Part shown: in pieces, positions 60,151-64,000 of the stretch
Position numbering within the stretch: position 1 is the first letter of the stretch
Layout: every line of letters starts with the position of its first letter
NCBI GenBank assembly: GCA_903847095.1
Contig: CAINCQ010000016.1
Span: 333-64,332 of the forward strand
Length of the DNA: 64,000 nt
Direction of reading: 5' to 3'
Source: an uncultured bacterium
GTDB lineage: Bacteria; Patescibacteriota; Minisyncoccia; Minisyncoccales; UBA5738
Program-made: the position numbers and the translations under genes
Notes under the pieces: generated by a model
Databases searched by the model: none
What the model saw: only the letters and a program-made list of their open reading frames with translations
What the model was told of the DNA's origin: nothing

Positions 60151-60310
60151 GTAAATTTATTTATTTTCTTAATGTATTTCGACACCGCAGTGCATTAACC
60201 CCCCGATCTTGCGACCAAAGGGACCCCCTTGAAGCATATTAATGCTTTCGGATTACTTAAGAAATCCTTTTAACTCAATACCTCGATGCATAGCATATGA
60301 AGTATTTCGC
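60149..60310. repeat. dispersed structured repeat, copy B (chimeric/degenerate)
   Basis: The first ~50 nt are nearly identical to copy A (TTGTAAATTTATTTATTTTCTTAATGT[A/G]TTTCGAC[A/G]CCGCAG). The remainder aligns with the reverse complement of copy C, with extra hairpins and mismatches. Confidence 0.7.
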
Positions 60311-60343
60311 CAATAAAAAAAGGAGTTTGCCTCCCTTTTTCGC

Positions 60344-60514
60344 TCACTCGAGTATTTTCCTTAAAGAATCTCTCAAGGATTCCGCTTGCATTTCTAAAAA
60401 ATCCGCTATGGTTTCAGGATAAACTTCGCCGCATACCATTACGAAAGTATTTTGGTCGCGAAATTTCTTAAAGTCTTTCCAGTTGATATCTCCGCCGATG
60501 GTCATGTCGCTCAT
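60344..60514 (-). CDS. 56-aa hypothetical protein (below ORF-track cut-off)
   Basis: Own translation MSDMTIGGDINWKDFKKFRDQNTFVMVCGEVYPETIADFLEMQAESLRDSLRKILE. ATG at 60514 lies 8 nt after GAGGAG. A stop-proximal hairpin lies at 60315-60340. Confidence 0.5.
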   Translation of the reverse strand: MSDMTIGGDINWKDFKKFRDQNTFVMVCGEVYPETIADFLEMQAESLRDSLRKILE

Positions 60515-60846
60515 TACCTTTTCTCCTCTGCTTTTAAAGTACTAACTCCGGTTAATTATGTTTTGTCGCTCGGCTTCCCCAGGAAAATAAACACCCGATC
60601 CTTCCGGCAACAAACAATCATTTTTTTGCGTATTATACAAACGATAAAGAATGCGGATAAACGATTTTTACTTCTTGACTTGCCCTGAAAATCGTCTATC
60701 GAAATGTCCGGCTTATCGGCCTAATCCCGCGACCTTATACCCTCTTTTTTCCTTATCTGGTTTGAAAATAATTTAAAAATAAGAGAAAGTCAAGCATTGA
60801 AAAAACAGAGGTTAGACCTCCAAAACCGATCGAACTAAATGCCAAA

Positions 60847-61452
60847 CTAGATTATTTGATAATTCGCTCCGCCGTTAATATAAACCGCCTGGTCATCGGT
60901 AATCTCAACAACAGGATAGTCGGCTTTTTTCTTAAACTGATCCACCTCGTCTTTTTCCTCTTCCCAAAAATGCGGATAGATCGCGATGTCCGTAAATCCC
61001 AAACCGGAAAGATCAGCCAAGCCGATTTCGTTTTCATCACCTTCGCTCCCCCACCCGGCAATCTCGATACTTTGCCCAGCGATAATACTGCCGGCGCTGA
61101 TACCCGCATAGATTGCCTCTTCTTTAACCGCTTTTTTTACGAAATCGAAAAAACCGGTTTTTTTCATCCGGTCAAGGATCGCGAAGGTATTTCCGCCAGA
61201 CACGTAAATTACGTCAAACTTATTTTCTGTTCCGCTAAAAACTTTATCCGCCAAATTAAAAATCGTGATCTTGGAAATACCGGCGGTCCTCAATTCCCCC
61301 TGGGCCGCGATTGTGTGTTCTATATCCTCGGCGGTTTGGTCATAGGCAGCCATCAGAACCGCGCAGCCTTTCGGTTCTTTTGGCAAAATCGAAACAAAAA
61401 AATCGCTCAATTTTTTATTCACCAAACCGGATGAGGTTAAAAATAATTTCAT
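60847..61452 (-). CDS. peptidase E-like (S51 family) dipeptidase
   Basis: 201-aa ORF. MKLFLTSSG start, VSGGNTF and GISAGS (nucleophile Ser) motifs. Confidence 0.75.
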   Translation of the reverse strand: MKLFLTSSGLVNKKLSDFFVSILPKEPKGCAVLMAAYDQTAEDIEHTIAAQGELRTAGISKITIFNLADKVFSGTENKFDVIYVSGGNTFAILDRMKKTGFFDFVKKAVKEEAIYAGISAGSIIAGQSIEIAGWGSEGDENEIGLADLSGLGFTDIAIYPHFWEEEKDEVDQFKKKADYPVVEITDDQAVYINGGANYQII

Positions 61453-61482
61453 CGTTCAAATTTTAATTTGTTCTTTCCGGAC

Positions 61483-61519
61483 AAAAAAAATCCGGCAGCA
61501 AAGTCTTTTTGCTGCCGGA
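61483..61519 (-). terminator. intrinsic terminator
   Basis: 12-bp stem TCCGGCAGCAAA/TTTGCTGCCGGA, followed by T8 on the minus strand. Confidence 0.8.
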
Positions 61520-61524
61520 TGGCC

Positions 61525-61872
61525 CTAGAACCTCCGTTCGGCCGGAGCGGCCTCGTCTTTTTGCAAACCCCTACCCTCGCGTGCCGATACGCCGCGCTTC
61601 TTTGGATAAGAATTAAAAGCTTCGATGGCCGTGCCCGTCTTTGCCTGGCCCGCGCGCCTTGAAGCCGAGTTTTTGATCTCCTCCTTCTCTTGGATCGATA
61701 ATGACGTCATCCAGATTATGAACGGCCGGCGCAGTTTTTCGACCGACCAGTCATTGTCCTTGAAAACCACCGCTTTTTCCGCCCGGAACCGCGAAAGCAT
61801 TTCTTCGGACGCCAGCAGGCTCGCCGGAGACAGCCGGTTGTGTTCCAATAAAAATTCTTCTTTTGTGGTCAT
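61525..61872 (-). CDS. hypothetical protein (115 aa)
   Basis: ORF followed by a strong terminator. No motif recognised. Confidence 0.5.
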   Translation of the reverse strand: MTTKEEFLLEHNRLSPASLLASEEMLSRFRAEKAVVFKDNDWSVEKLRRPFIIWMTSLSIQEKEEIKNSASRRAGQAKTGTAIEAFNSYPKKRGVSAREGRGLQKDEAAPAERRF

Positions 61873-62071
61873 ATTATTTATATGTAATTTCCCCCGCAGG
61901 CCGGGAATTTACAAAATGATTAAAAAAAAGCAACCCCCTATATAAAACGAGTCGCAAATGAAAGTTGTCTCCCCCCTACAAACATATTCACTTGTAATCC
62001 TAACTCTATTTTTAATCTTACGCTTTATTCCAGAAAAAGCAAGCCGACAGCTCCGTTTCGCGCCCATTCGG

Positions 62072-62629
62072 TCAGATATCGCCTCTTAAGTTTTCTTCAT
62101 AAACCACCCGGTCTTCCTGGCTAAATAGCGCGAAAACCACCTCCTCGAAAGCATCCGGATGATCCTTTGTATAGCTTTTTACCGTTTTAACGGCGATTTT
62201 CGCCGCTTCTTCCTTTGGATAGCCGTAAGCCCCGGTCGAGATCGCACAGAAAGCGATTGACTTGATGCCGTTTTCTCTAGCCAGCTTGAGGCAGCTCATA
62301 TAACAACTCTCCAGTAATTTATTCTCCCGGCCCCCGGCCTGTCCGTAAATCGGACCAACCGTATGAATAACAAACTTGGCCGGCAAGTTGTACCCTTTCG
62401 TTATTTTGGCTTCCCCGGTACGGCAGCCTCCGAGGGCCCTGCATTCTTTTAATAAATCCGTACCGGCCGCGGCATGGATCGCCCCGTCCACTCCTTTACC
62501 CGTCAAAAGCTCTCCGGGAAGAAGGGTGTAGGAGAATCCACTTAAAAGCAAAGATTCATTGGCCGCGTTCACGATCGCGTCGACTTTCAGTTTCGTAATA
62601 TCTTTTTTTATCGCGCAAATCTTGGTCAT
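62072..62629 (-). CDS. macro-domain protein (ADP-ribose / O-acetyl-ADP-ribose hydrolase family) with an insertion in the Gly-rich loop
   Basis: 185-aa [43 protein letters not shown]. Confidence 0.8.
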   Translation of the reverse strand: MTKICAIKKDITKLKVDAIVNAANESLLLSGFSYTLLPGELLTGKGVDGAIHAAAGTDLLKECRALGGCRTGEAKITKGYNLPAKFVIHTVGPIYGQAGGRENKLLESCYMSCLKLARENGIKSIAFCAISTGAYGYPKEEAAKIAVKTVKSYTKDHPDAFEEVVFALFSQEDRVVYEENLRGDI

Positions 62630-62709
62630 ATCGAATGATTTTTAGTATATTCTCATTTTATCAAATTTTACAAAAAAAAGAGGTTTTAACCTCTCTTACG
62701 ATACAAATA

Positions 62710-63009
62710 CTAGTTAACCGGCTTGCTGGCCTGCTCCATTGCCGTAAACTCCTTGGCCGCAAAACCAACAATCTTCTTAAATTTCAGCCAGAGACGCACT
62801 TCTTTTGGCTTATTTAAATCAAACGTTATGCTTACTTTTTTTGCGTCTTCCTCTGCCAAGAATAAAGCCTTACATATTTTTTGCCGAAGAAGCTCAAGAA
62901 TTTCGCCCGTTTCTCCGCCGCCGGCACTCCTTCTTTCCGCGACAATTAACGCGATCACGGCCTCAAATATCGTAGTATGTTGCTCGACACCGATAATGTT
63001 TTCGGACAT
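62710..63009 (-). CDS. hypothetical protein (99 aa)
   Basis: ORF with SD AGGAGGcagaaaATG. Confidence 0.55.
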   Translation of the reverse strand: MSENIIGVEQHTTIFEAVIALIVAERRSAGGGETGEILELLRQKICKALFLAEEDAKKVSITFDLNKPKEVRLWLKFKKIVGFAAKEFTAMEQASKPVN

Positions 63010-63137
63010 TTTCTGCCTCCTGAAAGTTCTTGGATAAATATATGTTATTTCCTGGTTTTGTCAAGAATAACCGAGTCGCGATACAAAAAAACAGCGCGCT
63101 GCCAACGCCCTGTTTTTTGTTCGATAATTCCTGGTTT

Positions 63138-63686
63138 CTAAGCCAGGCTGGTCAATTTTTGCGAGAATATCCGTCCGTATTCACCTTGGGCTTCTCCGAT
63201 CTCTGCCAATATGGCGAGCTTAACGTCTTCCCAGGCGACCAACCGGAAGTTTTTTCTAAAATATTGCTCCAAGTCTTTGATGAAAAAATCGGAAAACTCG
63301 GTGAACTTTTCTTCCGTTTCCGCCAAAGTAATCCAGCGGTCCGTTCGCACGGAGCGACCAAATATGATCCAGGGGTTTTCCCGGCTCCAGCCGATATCCA
63401 TTCTGGGATATCCGGTCGCTTTTTGGAACTGCGGATAAACGGTTTGGAAATTTTTAAACATCGCCTTATCGAGCACAATCATATACCCAAGGGCCGACAA
63501 GAAATAAACGAGGTTATCCCTGTCTATGTTTTCCAAGGCATCATAGCCCTCGCCTTTTAGAAAACTGGTTAATTTGATATACCCTGGCCCGCGCAAAGCC
63601 TTGCCCCAAAAATTTTGGAAATCGGCGTAAAACTGTGAATAATAATACTCTTTCGCGGTCGAAAAATGATCCATAGGATAAGTCAT
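63138..63686 (-). CDS. hypothetical protein (182 aa)
   Basis: ORF 63138..63692 trimmed to the first ATG (63686). Aromatic-rich, no motif recognised. Confidence 0.5.
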   Translation of the reverse strand: MTYPMDHFSTAKEYYYSQFYADFQNFWGKALRGPGYIKLTSFLKGEGYDALENIDRDNLVYFLSALGYMIVLDKAMFKNFQTVYPQFQKATGYPRMDIGWSRENPWIIFGRSVRTDRWITLAETEEKFTEFSDFFIKDLEQYFRKNFRLVAWEDVKLAILAEIGEAQGEYGRIFSQKLTSLA

Positions 63687-63770
63687 AGGCAAAATCGTTC
63701 AAGTTTAATTATATATTTTATAATACTTATTCAATTTTGTCAAGACTATCGTAGGTGTCAGCCGCCTCTT

Positions 63771-63923
63771 TTACCGCCAAAATATTTCAAATAACACGTA
63801 TTCAACGAACATAATCAGTATTCCGCCGACGATCGAAATGATGAACATCAAGAAAACCAGCTTTTTTAGCTTCCTTAATTTTTCTTTTTCCTTTAAGAGC
63901 TCTGTTTCTATTTGATTCCCCAT
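63771..63923 (-). CDS. small membrane protein (50 aa), tentative
   Basis: ORF 63771..63965 trimmed to the ATG at 63923, which lies 4 nt after the stop of the partial upstream ORF. Single TM LVFLMFIISIVGGILIMFV. Confidence 0.35.
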   Translation of the reverse strand: MGNQIETELLKEKEKLRKLKKLVFLMFIISIVGGILIMFVEYVLFEIFWR

Positions 63924-63927
63924 GTCG

Positions 63928-64000
63928 TTAAAAAACCGCTTCCGGCGCGTTCTTTTCTGAAGCACCTACCGCGATAAAATCCATTGTCTTCACATCGAGC
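63928..64000 (-). CDS. C-terminal end of an unidentified protein entering from the right edge
   Basis: Minus-strand frame reads ..LDVKTMDFIAVGASEKNAPEAVF-stop (TAA at 63930-63928). Too short to identify. Confidence 0.25.
   Translation of the reverse strand, partial: LDVKTMDFIAVGASEKNAPEAVF

Noticed and set aside
1-64000. Searched by eye for CRISPR arrays, cas genes, rRNA genes, transposases/integrases, reverse transcriptases (retron/DGR) and toxin-antitoxin or restriction-modification operons.
   Set aside because: I found no regularly spaced 25-40-nt direct repeats and no ORF with the corresponding catalytic motifs (YxDD, DDE, tyrosine recombinase R..HxxR..Y, methyltransferase plus nuclease pairs). 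This is absence of evidence from manual reading only.

Overview
This 64-kb window is tightly packed, and most genes are on the minus strand. Gene content suggests a small-genome, CPR/Patescibacteria-type bacterium. That is an inference from TrbC/VirB2-like pilin-domain proteins, many short hypothetical proteins, several archaeal or eukaryote-type genes (Elp3, EndoQ-like, presenilin-like, DUF763, UMPH-1-type nucleotidase) and only partial pathways. The standard genetic code fits. I support about 75 protein genes. Housekeeping genes: hisS (partial at the left edge), lepB, pth, dprA, topA, tsaD, murA, glmS, leuS, rlmN, metK, purB, purC, mltG, idi and a UDP-sugar/cell-wall precursor cluster. There are two tRNAs, Leu-CAA and Arg-CCG, plus a set of sigma70-like promoters and intrinsic terminators. 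I saw no CRISPR array, rRNA, transposase, integrase, reverse transcriptase or recognisable defence operon. Four things stand out. (1) The 1.96-kb region 49094-51052 has no conventional genes. It carries five exact copies of the Shine-Dalgarno 8-mer GGAGGTGA on the minus strand, paralogous micro-ORFs, a 94-aa two-TM ORF, a 21-aa hydrophobic ORF, and its own promoter and terminators. (2) A three-copy dispersed structured repeat (27.7 kb, 29.1 kb, 60.2 kb) shows compensatory stem changes. (3) Two paralogous pilin-domain/Cys-rich fusion proteins are present, and one sits next to a presenilin/SPP-type GxGD protease. (4) A 92-nt tRNA-like cloverleaf without an anticodon loop is followed by a terminator. 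All function calls rest on reading motifs by eye. No database search was run.
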